From Scyliorhinus canicula (taxonomy: Eukaryota): a stretch of DNA of 64,000 nucleotides. The notes below the pieces were generated by a model that was not told the origin of the DNA, searched no databases, and saw only the letters and a program-made list of their open reading frames with translations. Positions 26,811 through 40,340 of this stretch are shown here, one piece after another. Both the position numbers and the translations under genes were made by a program. Each line of letters starts with the position of its first letter. Within the stretch, counting starts at the first letter, position 1. Location of the stretch: NCBI RefSeq assembly GCF_902713615.1, contig NC_052162.1, positions 89,136,922 to 89,200,921 on the forward strand, in the 5' to 3' direction.

Positions 26811-27401
26811 AATAATATTTTAAAAATGCACTGCCAGGATAATGCATTAGTAGTGGAGCCACATCAGTTTTTGATGTGGGCTGTTGGTTTTTGTGTAAAA
26901 ATGTTAGTTTGATACTGACTTGATTAGGCAACGTAATATTAACGCAAACACTGGGGGTTCACCTTCTTGTGACAAAAAACAAAATCCTGCTTTAAACATC
27001 GAAGAAATTTGTAGTCCTGAGGTTTGATTAATGTTGTGGTAATATTGTACTCCATCTTGGCTAGGGGCTGCCCTTTTAAGATGGTTGCCTCCACCAGGAC
27101 TCGATTAAGATGACTGTTTATGTACAGTATGTTTGGACTAGGATTGAGAGACCCCAAACTCCGATTTCAGTATTTAACAAAATTCCCAGTTCACCGTTGA
27201 TTTTGCTATTCGACAAAGTTTGAATGTCAGTTGTATGATTTCCCAGACCGTTTTTTTTCTATTTGTCATAATGCAATGCACTACAGTTCATTTTATTTTC
27301 TTTCAAATAAATCTTATTTACTAAATGCATGCTGAAATATCAATTGTGTTTTTCAACTTGAAGCAGGTTATTTTCTGGTATTTAGCCCACTCAGAAACAG
27401 T

Positions 27402-27622
27402 GGGCGGGATTCTCCGGTATCGGGCGGGCAGGCCATACCGGCACCAAAGAATGGCGTGAACTCCGGCATCAGGCCGCCCGGAAGGTGCGGAATCCTCCTG
27501 GATTCTCCTGGATCCTGGCGCTGGAGTGAGGCCGGCCCCCGACCGGCATGACGCAATCTTCGCCCCCACTCCCCCACCGGCGATTTTATGACCCGGCCGG
27601 GGGGGGTCGGAGAATCCCGACC
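27402..27622. mobile_element. GC-rich MITE, Harbinger/PIF-like
   Basis: TIRs GGGCGGGATTCTCC / GGAGAATCCCGACC; 3-bp TSD AGT. Confidence 0.75.
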
Positions 27623-27636
27623 AGTGTGTTTGTGTG

Positions 27637-27751
27637 TTCACAAGTAACTTGTTGTGCTTCACAAGTAACTTGCTGTGCTTCACAAGTAACTTGCTGTGCT
27701 TCACAAGTAACTTGCTGTGCTTCACAAGTAACTTGCTGTGCTACACAAGTA
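27637..27751 (+). repeat. 21-bp minisatellite, 5 full units plus a partial unit
   Basis: (TTCACAAGTAACTTGCTGTGC)n with units at 27637, 27658, 27679, 27700 and 27721. Confidence 0.95.
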
Positions 27752-28049
27752 TTTTTGCAACAGATGAATAGGAAGAAACTTGATGCACAGAAGCAATTCA
27801 TAGTTTTTAGGTTTTCAGTTGAGCAAATGCAGAGGGTTGTAAATCTGTGGAATTCTGTACTCCCGTATACTGTGGAAGCTAATATGTTGAGTATACGAAT
27901 TGCTGAGATTAATTGGTTTTTGGACATTAGGCGATAGTGCAGACAGGTGGATGGGAATTCAGCCCTGATTTAATCGAATGGTGGTTCAGGCTCGAGTGGC
28001 CTTTTCTAGTGCTACACGTAGACATACAAGTTAATCAGTTCAACACTTA

Positions 28050-28353
28050 AGCATGGTAGCACAGTAGTTAGCACTATGGCTTCACAGCGCCCAGGGTGCC
28101 AGCTTCGATTCCCGGCTTGGGTCACTGCCTGTGCGGAGTCTGCACGTTCTCCCTGTGTCTGCGTGGGTTTCCTCCGAGTGCTCTGGTTTCCTCCCATAAG
28201 TCCTGAAAGACGTTCTGTTAGGAAATTTGCACATTCTGAATTCTCCCTCTGTACCAGAACAGGCACTGGATTGTGGCTACTAGGGGCTTTTCACAGTAAC
28301 TTAATTGCAGTGTTAATGTGAGCCTACTTGTGACAATAAAGATTATTATTATT
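28050..28353 (+). mobile_element. HE1-like head SINE with Rex1/Babar-like tail
   Basis: Same head as the HE1-like copies, but ends CTTTTCACAGT...GTGACAATAAAG(ATT)n. Confidence 0.8.
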
Positions 28354-28464
28354 ACAGATCTGCAAAGATCTAAGAAAGATATATTTGAATATGGAATTTA
28401 TAACTTTTTGATCTTGGCGTGGATGTACATTGTATGTTTAGAATACATGATACATGCAAATACC

Positions 28465-30277
28465 CCAGAACATTGTGGGAGGCTAGCCGGTCCCCAGCTG
28501 AGATATTTGAATCATTGATAGCCACAGGGGAGGTGCCTGAAGATTGGAGGGGAGCAAATGTTGTGTCCTTGTTTAAGAAAGGCTGTAGGGATAAGCCTGG
28601 GAACTACAGACTGGTTAGCCTTACTTCTGTAGTGGGTAAATTGTTAGAAGGTATTCTGAGGGACAGGATCTACAGACATTTAGACAGGCAAAGGGTTAAT
28701 TAGGAAAGTCAGAATGGCTTTGTTAGGGGAAAGTCATGTCTCACCAGTTTGATTGAGTTTTTTGAAGGGGTAACCAGGAAGGTAGATGAGGGCAGTGCGG
28801 TCGATGTTGGCGACCAAAGCCAAAGGGTGATGGTTGTGGAGGGTTGTTTTTCAAACTGGAGGCCTGTGACCAGTGGTGCCTCAGGGATCGGTGCTGGGTC
28901 CACTGTTTATTATATATACATTAATGATTTGGATGATAATATAGGAGGCATGATTCGTAAGTTTGCAGATGACACCAAGATTGGTGGCATAGTGGATAGT
29001 GAAGAAGATTATATAAGATTGCAACAGGATCTTAGCCAATTGAGCCAGTGGGCCGATGAATGGCAGATGGTGTTGAATTTGGATAAATGTAAGGTGATGC
29101 ATTTTGATAGATCAAATCAGAACAGGACCTATTCAGTTAATGGTAGGGAGTTGGGGAGATTTACAGAACAAAGATCTAGGGGTATAGGTTCATAGCTCCT
29201 TGAAGTGGAGTCACAGGTGGACAGGGTTATGAAGAAGGCATTCAGCATGCTCGGTTTTATTGGTCAGAATATTGAATACAGGAATTGGGACGTCTTGTTG
29301 AAGTTTTAAAGGAAAATATTGTACCCACCTCAACCTCTGCCTCTGGCAGCTCGTTCCAGATACTCAGATACAAGACATTGGTAAGACCACACATGGAATA
29401 CTGTGTTCAGTTCTGGTCACCCTATTATAGGAAAAATATTGTTAAACTAGAAAGAGTGCAGAAGAGATTTACGAGGATGCTACCAGGGCTTGATGGTCTG
29501 AGTTAGAAGGAGAGGCTGGATAGGCTGGGACTTGTTTCCCTGGAGCGTAGGAGGCTTAGGGGTGATCTTCTAGAGGTTTATAAAATAATGAGGAGCATCG
29601 AAAAGGTAGATGGTCGACATCTTTTCCCAAAGGTAGAGGAGTCTAGAACTAGAGGGCATAGATTTAAGGTGAAAGGGGAGAGATACAAAAGAGACCAGAG
29701 GGCAATTGTTTCACACACAGGGTGGTGAGCATCCGGAATGGGATGCCAGAGGCAGTGGTAGAGGCGGGTACAATTTTTTTCCTTTTAAAAAGCAGTTGGG
29801 CAGGATGGGTATAGAGGGAAATGGGCCACATGCAGGCAAGTACGGCATGGGGCAGCACGGTAGCATGGTGGTTAGCATAAATGCTTCACAGCTCCAGGAT
29901 CCCAGGTTCGATTCCCGGCTGGGTCACTGTCTGTGCGGAGTCTGCACGTCCTCCCCGTGTGTGCGTGGGTTTCCTCCGGGTGCTCCGGTCCCACAGTCCA
30001 AAGATGTGCGGGTTAGGTGGATTGGCCATGCTAAATTGCCCGTAGTGTCCTAAAAAGTAAGGTTGGGGGGGGGGGGGGGGGGGGGTTGTTGGGTTACGGG
30101 TATAGGGTCGATACATGGGTTTGAGTCGGGTGATCATTGCTCGGCACAACATCGAGGGCCGAAGGGCCTGTTCTGTGCTGTACTGTTCTATAAGTGGGAC
30201 TAGCTTAGTGATAGAAACTGGGCAGCATGGACAGGCTAGGTTGATGGGCCTGTTTCCATGTGGTAAACATCTATGAC
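28465..30277 (+). mobile_element. CR1 LINE, 5'-truncated and degenerate, with nested SINE 29849-30191
   Basis: YPRTLWEA, VPEDWR, KFADD, RPHMEYCVQFWSP motifs. Confidence 0.9.
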
Positions 30278-30282
30278 TCCGT

Positions 30283-30595
30283 GAGCAGCACGGTATCACA
30301 GTGGTTAGCACAGTTGCTTCACAGCTCACGTGTCCCAGGTTCAATTCCCGGTTTGGGGCACTGTGTGTGCGGAGTCTGCACGTTCTTCCCGTGTCTGTGC
30401 AGGTTTCCTCCCATGGTCCAAAGATGTTAGGTGGATTGGTCATGCTAAATTGCCCTTAGTGTTCAAAAAGGTGGGGTGGTGTTACGGGGTTAGGGTGGTG
30501 GTGTAAGCTTGGGTAGGGTTCTCTTTTCAAGGGCAGGTGCAGACTCGATGGGCTGAATGGCCTCCTTCTGCACTGTAAATTCTATGATTCTATGA
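30283..30595 (+). mobile_element. HE1-like SINE
   Basis: Head, core and tail TGTAAATTCTATGATTCTATGA. Confidence 0.85.
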
Positions 30596-31082
30596 CCTTG
30601 TTGATACATGCAAATACCTTGTCAACACTGCAGTGCAACATGTTTACATCAAGCTGCAACAAATTGCCATATATTTTTGCAAAACAAATAACAGCTGTTC
30701 TTGCCTTTGACAGTGTAATGCCTTGTTGAATATTAACGTTGAAAATACTTGTGTAGCACAGTAAGTTACTTGTAAACACACACAACTTCTCTCAGTCTTT
30801 CTCCTACATGAAATTCTTTGGTATGTTAATACAAGAAGTGATTGTTTTGTGCAACTAACATGCAACAGTATAATTAGTTTTTCAAACAAGCTACATGGCG
30901 TGTGCATCATGTGCAACAGTTTCAGCACTTTTAATTTTGAGCAAGTGTTCGGATGTGAATTTGCAGTATTTGTTGCATCTCATAAGAATAATTAATTAGA
31001 ACAGGCTAAGGTTTACCCAGCTACACTTTATCACGTGCAATCATTTTGATACAAAACAAATCACCAACTATAGTGATGAAGT

Positions 31083-31410
31083 GGCATGGTTGCACAGTGG
31101 TTAGCACTGTTGCATCACAACTCCTCCAGGTACCATTCCCGGCTTAGGTCACTGCTTGTGCGGAGTCTGCACATTCTCCCCGTGTCTGTTTGGGCTTCCC
31201 CATGGGCTCCAGTTTTCTCCCACAGTCCAAGGATGTGCAGGTTAGGTGAATTGGCCATGCTAAATTGCCCTGAGTGTCAACAAAGGTTGGTTGGGGTTAC
31301 TGGGTTACCTGGATAGAATGGAGGTGTGGGCTTAAGTAGGGGGCTCTTTCCAAGGGCTGGTGCAGACTCGATGGGCTGAATGACCTCCTGCACTGTAAAT
31401 TCTATGTATT
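31083..31410 (+). mobile_element. HE1-like SINE
   Basis: Head, core and tail. Confidence 0.85.
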
Positions 31411-31454
31411 CAACATAATTATACTTTGGAAAGAATTTCACTTCCTGTTCCATC

Positions 31455-34135
31455 GCCATCTTTATGGAAGTGGGTATAACTGGCTTGGCCAGCATTTATT
31501 GCCACCCCTAATTGCCCTTGAGAAGGTGGTGGTGAGACACCTTGAACTGCTGTAGTCCATAGGGAGTTTCAGGATTTTGACTAGCCAACAATGAAGGAAT
31601 GGTAATATATTTCCAAGTCAGGATTCTGTGTGGTTTGGAGAAGAACTTGCAGGTGATGGTGTTTCCATGTATCTGCTGCTCTTGTTCTTCTGGGTGATAG
31701 AGGTTGTAGGGTTGGAAAGTGCTGCCATTGAATGCCAGAAGACATTTTCTCTTGTTGGAGATGGTCATTGCCTGACACTTGTATGCTGTGAATGTTACTT
31801 GCCATTCATCAGCCCAAGCCTGAATGTTCTCCAGGTCTTGCTGCATGTAGGCACAGACTGCTTCAGTATCTGAGGATTCACAAATGGTACTGAACATTGT
31901 GCAATTATATCAGCAAATATTCTCACTTCTGGCCTTCTGATGAAAGGAAGGTTCTTCATGAAGCAGTGAAGATGGTTGGGCTGAGGACACGACCCTGAGG
32001 AACTCCTTGCAGTGATGTCCTGGAGCTGAGATATTTGACCACCAACCACCACAACCAACTTTCTTTGAGCCAGGTGTGACTCCAACCAGTGGAGAGTTTT
32101 CCTCCTGATTCCTATTGACTGCTGTTTTGCAAGGGCACTTTGATGCCATACTTGGTGAAATGCTGCCTTGATGTCAAGGGCAATCACTTCTCACCTTACC
32201 CCATGGGTTCACCTCATTTATCCATGGTTAGACTAAGGATGTAATAAGGTCAGGAACTGAGTGTCCCTGGAGGAACCCAAACTGAGCATGAGTGAGCTGT
32301 TTATATCTGAGTAAGTGCTGCTTGACAGCACTGTTAATGACCCCTTCCATCACTTTGCAGATGACCGATAGTAGAATGGTGGGTCAGTTGGATAGGGCAT
32401 GCCTGGGCAAATCTTCACATTACTGGGTAGATGCCAGTGTCGTAGCTGTACTTGAACAGCTTAGCGAGGGGCTTGGCAAGATCCAGAGCACATGTCTTTG
32501 GTACTATTGTTGGAATATTATCAGGGCCCATACCAATTGCAGTGTACAGTGCCTTCAGTCATTTCTTGATATCACATTTGAGTGAATCAAATTGACTGAA
32601 GACTGGCACCTGTGATGCTGAGGATCTCAGGAGGAAGCTGAATAGGATCATCCGCTCAGCACTCCTGGTTGAAGAAGTTTAGTAATGCTTCAGCCTTGTC
32701 TTTTGCACTGATATGCTCCATCATGGAGGGCGGGGATACTTGTGGAGCTGCTGCTGCCTCCAGTGAGTTGTTTAATTATCCACCACCATTCGTGGCTAGA
32801 TGTGGCAGCTTAGATCTTACACGTTAGTTATGGGATTGCTTAGCTCTGTCTGTTGTATGCTGCTGATGCTGTTTACCACGCAAGTAGCCAGTCCTGTGTT
32901 GTAGCTTCATCAGGTTGACACCTCATTTTCAGGCACGCTTGTTGCTGCTCCTGGCATGCCCTCCTCACTCTTCATTGAATCAGGTTTGGTAATAATAGTA
33001 GAGTGGGGTATATGCTGGGCTATGAAGTTACAGATTGAATACAATTCTGCTGCCGCTAACAGACTAATTCCATGGATGCACAGTTTTGAGTTGCTAGTTT
33101 TGTCCAAACCTATTCCATTTATGGAGTAATGGAGTGTATCCTTATTTGAAGACAGGACTTTATCTCCACTGATGATTGTGCAAAAGTCACTTCCACCATT
33201 ACTGTCATCGACTGTCATGGCACCTGTGACAGATACATTGGTGCAGATGAGGTTAAATAGGTTTTTCTCTCTGTTAGTTCCCTTACCACCTGTCTAGCAG
33301 CTCTGCTCTTTAAGAGTCAGCCAATTCGTTCAGCAGCGATGCAACTGAGCCATTTTTGGCAAAGGGCATTGAAGTTCTCCATCCAGATAACGTTCTGTGC
33401 CTTTGCCACATCCTTTGCTTCCTCCAAATGGCCTTCAACAAGGCGGAGTACTACATAGGACATACATAAAGCATACAGTGCAGAAGGAGAGCATTCGGCC
33501 CATCAAGTCTGCACCGACCCACTTAAGCCCTCACTTCCACCCTATCCCCGTAACCCAGTAACCCCTCCTAACCTTTTTTGGACACTAATGACAATTCAGT
33601 ATGGCCAATCCACCTAACCTGCACATCTTTTGGGACTTGTGGGAGGAAACCGGAGCATCCGGAGGAAACCCACGCAGACACGGGGAGAATCTGCATACTC
33701 CGCACAGACAGTGCCCCAGCGGGGAATCGAACTTGGGACCCTGGCGCTGTGAAGTCACAGTGCTAGCCACTTATGCTACTGTGCTGCATTCATCAGCTAA
33801 GGTGAATGGAGTTAGCAGGAGGTTTCCTTGCCTATGTTTGGCCTGATGCCAGGAGAATTCTGGGATACATAGTTGATAATGCGAACTGCTAGGACTACTC
33901 CCTCCTGAGTGTACACCACTACCAACACCTCTGGACAGGACATTCCCAGGGATGATGATAGTGGTGTGAGGCACATTCTAAGGTATTATTTTGTGACTAT
34001 GACCATGTCAGGTTGTTGCTTAACCAGTCTGTGGGACAGATCTCCCAATTTTGGCACAAGCCCCAGTTGTTAATAGACTTTGCGTTTGGTGTTTGTCATA
34101 GTCATTCCAGTGCTTGATGGTCCGTCCTTTTTTGT
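31455..34135 (-). mobile_element. CR1-group LINE (distinct family), degenerate, with nested SINE 33454-33787
   Basis: IALDIKAAFHQVWH, IFAD, MQQDLENIQAWADEWQVTF motifs. Confidence 0.85.
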
Positions 34136-34332
34136 AGACTTTACAGGAGTTTAATACAACTAAGTGGCTTGCTAGGACTTTTCAGAGGGTAACTCTGAGT
34201 CAACCCCATTACTGTGGGTCTAGAGTCACATGGCGGCCAGTCAGGGTAAGCATTTTAGTGAGTTGAATTTTTACAACAATTAGCAGTGGTTTAATGGTCA
34301 CCATTATGAAGATGCAGAATTCTAGATTTATT

Positions 34333-34656
34333 AATTGATCTGCATGGTAGTTCAAGTGGCTAGCACTGTGGCATCACAGGTTCAATTCCCCGCTGGGTCA
34401 CTGTCTGTGCGGAGTCTGCACGTTCTCTCCGTGTCTCCGTGGGTTTCCTTCCGGTGCTCCGATTTCCTCCCACAGTCCAAAGACGTGCAGGTTAGGTGGA
34501 TTGGCCATGCTAAATTGCCCTTAGTGTCCAAAAAGGTTAGGAGGGGTTATTAGGTTACGGGGATAGATTGGAAGTGAGGGCTTAAGTGGGTCAGTGCAGA
34601 CTCGATGGGCCGAATAGCCTATTTCTGCACTGTATATTCTATGTCTATGTCTATGT
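34333..34656 (+). mobile_element. HE1-like SINE (AATTGATCTGCA-leader subfamily)
   Basis: Same 5' leader as the copy at 23171. Confidence 0.85.
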
Positions 34657-34672
34657 TAAGGTTCCACCAGTT

Positions 34673-36754
34673 CTGGAAGGGGAGGCGGAGATAGTGGTGG
34701 CATTAGATGCGGAGAAGGCCTTTGTTAGGGTTGGGTGGGAGGTGTTGGAAAGGTTTGGGTTTGGGGAGGGGTTTGTCCGCTGGGTGAGGTTGCTCTATGA
34801 GGCCCCGATGGCGAGTGTAGCCACGAATAGGAGGAGGTCGGAGTACTTTCGGTTGTACCGGGGGACGAGGCAGGGGTGTCTCCTGTCCCCCTTGACGGTG
34901 CTCCCGAGATTTTTGTTCCTGTTCCGGTGCCTCCCCATCCTTATCCCGAAGGCCTTTTTTAGAAGGGTCAACGGGATTTGTGTGGGCGCATGGGACTCCG
35001 AGGGTGAGAAGAGTGTTCTTGGAATGGGGCAGGGATAGGGGGGGCTGGCGCTGCCCAACCTATGTGGGTACTATTGGGCTGCCAACGCAGCGATGGTGCG
35101 TAATGGACGGGGAAGGGGCAGCATGGAAGAGGATGGAGGTGGCATCCTGTGTGGGCACGAGCCTGAAGGCGCTGGTAACGGCGGCGTTGCCGCTCCTCAA
35201 CGAGGTATGCCACGAGCCCGGTGGTGGTGGCTACCCTCAAAATTTGGGGGCAATGGAGACGGCATAGGGGAGAAGTGGGGGGCTCGATGGAGGCCCCGAT
35301 ACGGGGGAACCATCGGTTTGTTCCAGGGAGCATTGATGGCGGATTTCTGGGCTGGCACAGTTAGGAGGTTGAGGGACCTGTTTGTGGAGGGGAGGTTCGC
35401 GAGCTTGGGGGAGTTAGAGGAGAAGTTGGGGGCGTTAGAGCTTCACAGCTCCAGGTTCGGTTCCCGGCTGGGTCACTGTCTGTGCGGAGTCTGCACGTCC
35501 TCCCCGTGTGTGCGTGGGTTTCCTCCGGGTGCTCCGGTTTCCTCCCACAGTCCAAAGATGTGCGGGTTAGGTGGATTTGCCATGCTGGATTGCCCGTAGT
35601 GTCCTAAAAAGTAAGGTTAAGGGGGGGGTTGTTGTGTTACGGGTATAGGGTGGATACGTGGGTTTAAGTAGGGTGATCATTGCTCGGCACAACATCGAGG
35701 GCCGAAGGGCCTGTTCTGTGCTGTACTATTCTATGTTCTATAAGTTTGGGCTCCCCGGGGAACATGTTTCGGTACATGCAGGTTAGGGCGTTTTCCAGGC
35801 AGCAGGTGGAGGGGTTCCCCTTGTTGCCCCCACGTGGGGTACGGGACAGGGTGCTCTCGGGGGTGTGGGTTGGAGGAGGGAGGATTTCGGACATATGCCG
35901 GGTAACGCAGGAGGTAGACGAGGCCTCGGTGGAGGAACTGAAGGGTAAATGGGAAGAGGAGCTAGGTGAGGAGATTGAGGAGGGGACGTGGGCGGATGCC
36001 CTGGAGAGAGTGAATTCCTCCTCTTCCTGTGCGAGGCTTAGCCTCATACCGTTAGCCGTTACCATAGGGCCCACATGACTGGAACGAGGATGAGTAGGTT
36101 TTTCGGGGGCGAAGACAGGTGTGCTAGGTGCTCGGGGAGCCCAGCGAACCACGCCCATTTTGTTTTGGGCGTGCCCAGCGCTGGGGGAGTTTTGGAAGGG
36201 GGTTGCAAGGACGGTGTCGGGTGGTGGGATCCAGGGTCAAGCCAGGCCGGGGACTCGCAATTTTTGGGGTTGCAGTGGAGCCGGGAGTGCAGGAGGCGAA
36301 AGAGGCCGGTGTCCTGGCCTTTGCGTCCCTAGTAGCCCGGCGGAGGATTCTTCTTCAGTGGAAGGATGCGAGGCCCCCAAGTGTGGAGGCCTGAATGATA
36401 TGGCGGGGTTCATCAAATTGGAGAAGGTGAAATTTGCCCTGAGGGGATCAGTACAGGGGTTCTTTAGGCGGTGGCAGCCTTTCCTGGACTTCCTGGCGGA
36501 ACCGTAGGGAAATAGGCCGGCAGCAGCAGCAACCCGGTGGGGGAGGGGGGGAAGGGGTTTGGTTCAGTGGGAGGGAGAACTGTGTACATGGGTTTGTTGA
36601 ATTTGGTGGGTTTCCTTTTTGTTGTTTGCTTTTTTTGTTTTTGTAGTTGCTTTTGTATGTGTTGTTCTTGATTTTTTACCATGGTTGTTTTGTTAATATT
36701 GTTTTGTTGTTTATATTTTGTGAAAATCTTAATAAAAATTATTTAAAAACAAAA
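34673..36754 (+). mobile_element. L1/Tx1 LINE, 5'-truncated, internally deleted, with nested SINE 35428-35741
   Basis: Homologous to 3900-6146; exact 15-bp TSD AAGGTTCCACCAGTT (34658-34672, 36755-36769). Confidence 0.95.
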
Positions 36755-37152
36755 AAGGTTCCACCAGTTGCCATGGTGATATTTGAAGACGTGTTCCTGT
36801 AGCATTTAGCCTGAGCCTGGATTACTAGTCTGAAGACGTTTGCATTACACCACTACCACAGCATAGTCACTTGGTCCTCACAAAATGAAGCTGTGATTGT
36901 TTAAATGGGAAGCTGAAAGAAAAAGAGGATATTTTGCTCTTTGCGAGCCAAGTTTATCATTATCATTTTCAAATTGGGGAAAATAACCAGCACCATGATA
37001 TAATGAGGCACTTTTTTCAAGAAAGATAAGATTGAGTGAGAGAATAAACTGATATAACGACTCAAGTGGTTCATGTAAACCTCTAGTGGTGGCTGTTGAA
37101 AAATGAGTTAATTTAGTAGGATTGCTGTGTAATTTGATTTTATTTCTCTCAG

Positions 37153-37257
37153 GTTGTCAAATTGTCAGCTCTTCCAGGTGGCCTGGGTATGGTCTCTTTC
37201 ACAGTATATGCTTCAAGTAAAAATTCCCAGGATAAGGATTTAATCAAGCCTGAGCAG
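37153..37257 (+). CDS. APOOL: APOOL/MIC27 internal coding exon (probable exon 2), 105 nt, phase 0-0
   Basis: tttctctcag|GTT...GAGCAG|gtgag. Translates VVKLSALPGGLGMVSFTVYASSKNSQDKDLIKPEQ, resembling the human APOOL N-terminus (..SVHAAK..KQLVKPEQ, recalled from memory). Confidence 0.92.
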
Positions 37258-37640
37258 GTGAGATTTTTTTTTCAAAACATATTTAACAATGTGGGATTTT
37301 TCTTTTCCCTATTTTAATTTGTGAAGTCACCAGCCAAACAAGTCCTAGTGAAGGGTGTATAATGTTGCTGAATAACTCCAGTTTTTCTCATTTCGTAATC
37401 TGCCTGTGGTAATTCAAACAACATACTAATCATTTTAAATGAAACCATGCAAACTTGGAAAACTGTGTCATGTAAATGAAACATTTTTCCATTCCCCAAC
37501 TTCAATTACCTCCTGTAACTTGGTGATGCAGTTTATGTCTGTTCAGTGACGTCAGGATTCAGCACGAAGAGAATGAGTGTTCACCTAGACTCTGGTCCAC
37601 GTACAGGGGGGTTGGTAAAGTTGATCAAGGAGAGGTCGTT

Positions 37641-37975
37641 CATAGAATCACTCAGTACAGAAGGAGACCACTCGGCCCATCGAGTCTGCACCGACCCTTT
37701 GGAAGGGTACCCTACCGAGGGTCAGTCCCCCAACCTGTCCCCTTAACCCAGCAACCCCATCTAACCTAACCGTTTGGACACGAAGATGCAATTGATCATG
37801 GCCAATTCACCTACCTGCACTTTTTTGGGCTGTGGGAAGAAACAGGAGCATCCGAGGAAACCCACACAGACATGGGGAGAAAGTGAAAACTCCACACACA
37901 AATCACCCGAAGTCGGAATTGAACCAGAGTCCCTGGATGTGTGAGGCAGCAGTGCTAACCACTGTGTCACCATCC
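37641..37975 (-). mobile_element. HE1-like SINE, older copy
   Basis: Reverse-complement head, core and tail. Confidence 0.8.
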
Positions 37976-38724
37976 TGAATTAGATTGATTTGTTACCTAT
38001 CTATTGGTAGTGCTACAAGCCTGAATGGCATTCAGACTAAATTCCTTAATACAATTTTGAAGAATGAACCTGCAGTTATGTAGCGTCATAGAATCTCTAC
38101 AGTGCAGAAGGAGACAATTTTTCTGCACATCAAGTCTGCACCAACCAAGAGAACCCCACCAGATCCACTTCCCTGCCCCATGTTGCATCTTTCACATCCT
38201 TGGGACAGCCCAAAGCAATTCAGAGCCAATAAAGAAATGCTGTCTACAATTTAGTCATTGTTCTAATGGAGAAATGCATGGCAGTCAATTTGAACACCTC
38301 TTCAAGTTAATATGCTTTTCTTAAAGTTATGACATGGCAATGTCTGCATATACCTGAGGGATTAAATGTCTTATTTGAACGATGACACTCCCTTATCATC
38401 TCTGTGCCACTGCCACCTAGTCTACAACAGTGAAATCATGCTGATTGTAAGTTACCACCATGTAGCTGACTTGGAAAGTTGAATTTGCAGAAACAACTGC
38501 TTAATGGTTCAGTGTCTGTTATGATTCAGCTGCAAAGAGACCAGAGGTCACTTAATGAGGCACATCTTTACAGTTAGGAAGTTGAGGTAATGCACACACC
38601 TATTTTGCGGTGACGTGGACAACTCTACATGCTGCTTCTCAAAGAGTTCCTGGTATTTGTTTTCCATCCAACAAGGGCGCATGTTCACCCTTTTTGATTG
38701 AAATTGGGAAAGGGAGAAGGTATG

Positions 38725-40340
38725 AGGCATGAGGTATAAGAAAGATTGGGAAATGTTGTTGAAAGGTATGATGGTGGATGTGCAATGGCTAATATTTAAG
38801 GAACAGTATTAGTTAAGGGATTTTAGGGATTGCAACATCCATTCCTTGTGCAGAAACACAGTAAGGAAAGCAGCCCAACCATGACAGATTGGAGGGTGAC
38901 TAATATAACACCACTATTTAGAAGGAGGGAGGGAGAAAACAGTGAATTACAGACTAGTTTAACATCAGAAGTAGGGAAATTGGCAGAGATGATAAAGGAT
39001 GTGATAACAGGACACTTAAATAATGATGAGCACATTCACCCCGTGTCAGCATGGGTCTCACCCCCACAACCTAAAAAGATGTGCCGGGTAGGTGGATTGG
39101 CCACGCTAAATTGCACCTTAATTGGAAAAAACTAATTGGGTACTCTAAATTTTAAAAAAAATATCAATGGGAATAGCCAAATTTAGTATGGATTTATGAA
39201 AGGGAAATCATGTTTGACAAACCTACTGGAGTTTTTTATGGACGTAACTAGAAGAATAGATAAGAAGAACCAGTGGATGTGGTGTGTTTGGATTTTCAAA
39301 AAGTCCCACATAAGAGGTTAATCTGAAAAATTAAAGCATATGGGATTAGTGGTAGTTTATTGGCATGAATTGGTTGACAGACAGGAAACTAGAGTTGGCC
39401 TAAATTAGTCTTTTTCGAAGTGACTGGTAGTGACAGTGGGGCCTTGGAGTGCTCAGTGGTGGGCTCCAGCTCAATGATTTTGATGCGAGAACCAGATGTA
39501 ATATTTCCAAGTTTTCTAACAACACGAAACTTGATGAGAATGTGAGTGGTGAGGAGGATGTTTGAGGCTTCTAGGTGATTTAGACGAGTTACGTGAGTGG
39601 GCAGATACATGACAGACTGGAGTACAACCAGGATAAATGTGGAGTTATCCACTTCAGATGGACAAACCGAATGGATGAGTGTTGATGTACAAAGGGACCT
39701 TGGTGCCCTTGTACACAGGTCATTGAAAGGAAGCATGCAGATGCAGCAAGCAATCAGAAAGGCATTCATTGCAAGAGGACATGGTACAGGTTCAAGGATG
39801 TCTTGCTGCAGCCGTTCAGGGCCTTGGTACAACCACACATGGAATATTATATTAGTTTTGGTCTGCTTACCTAAGAAAGGATATACTTGTTATGGAGGGT
39901 GCAGCAAAGGGTGACCAGACTGATTCCTGTGATGGCAGGATTGCCTTACGCGGAGAGATTGGGTTGTCTAGGCCAATATTCACTGAAAATGAGTGGGAAT
40001 CTCATTAAAACATATAAAATTCCGGCGGGGCTAGAAGAATGGATATTGGATACAGGGATGGCGATGGTCAGAATCTCTGGTTACAGGGTAGGCCATTTAG
40101 GACTGAGATGAGGAGAAAAATCTTCATTGTGAGGGTGGTGAACCTATGGAAGGCCAAGTCACTTCATATATTTAAGATGGAATAATTTTCTGGACTCCTA
40201 AAGGTGTGAAGAGGTATGGGGAAAGCACAGGAGTATGGCGTTGAGATAGAGGAGCATCCATGATCGCATTGAATGGTTGAGTAGGCTCGAAGGGCTGAAC
40301 GAATGACTTGTATGACTTGTTCCTGCTCCTATTTTCTATG
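38725..40340 (+). mobile_element. degenerate CR1 LINE with a short-SINE fragment (~39030-39162)
   Basis: DWRVTNITPLF, VQRDLGALVHRSLK, VQQRVTRLIP; CR1 3' tail. Confidence 0.8.

Noticed and set aside
27637-27751. CRISPR-like palindromic repeat array
   Set aside because: Units are contiguous with no spacers, there are no cas genes, and the context is a vertebrate intron.
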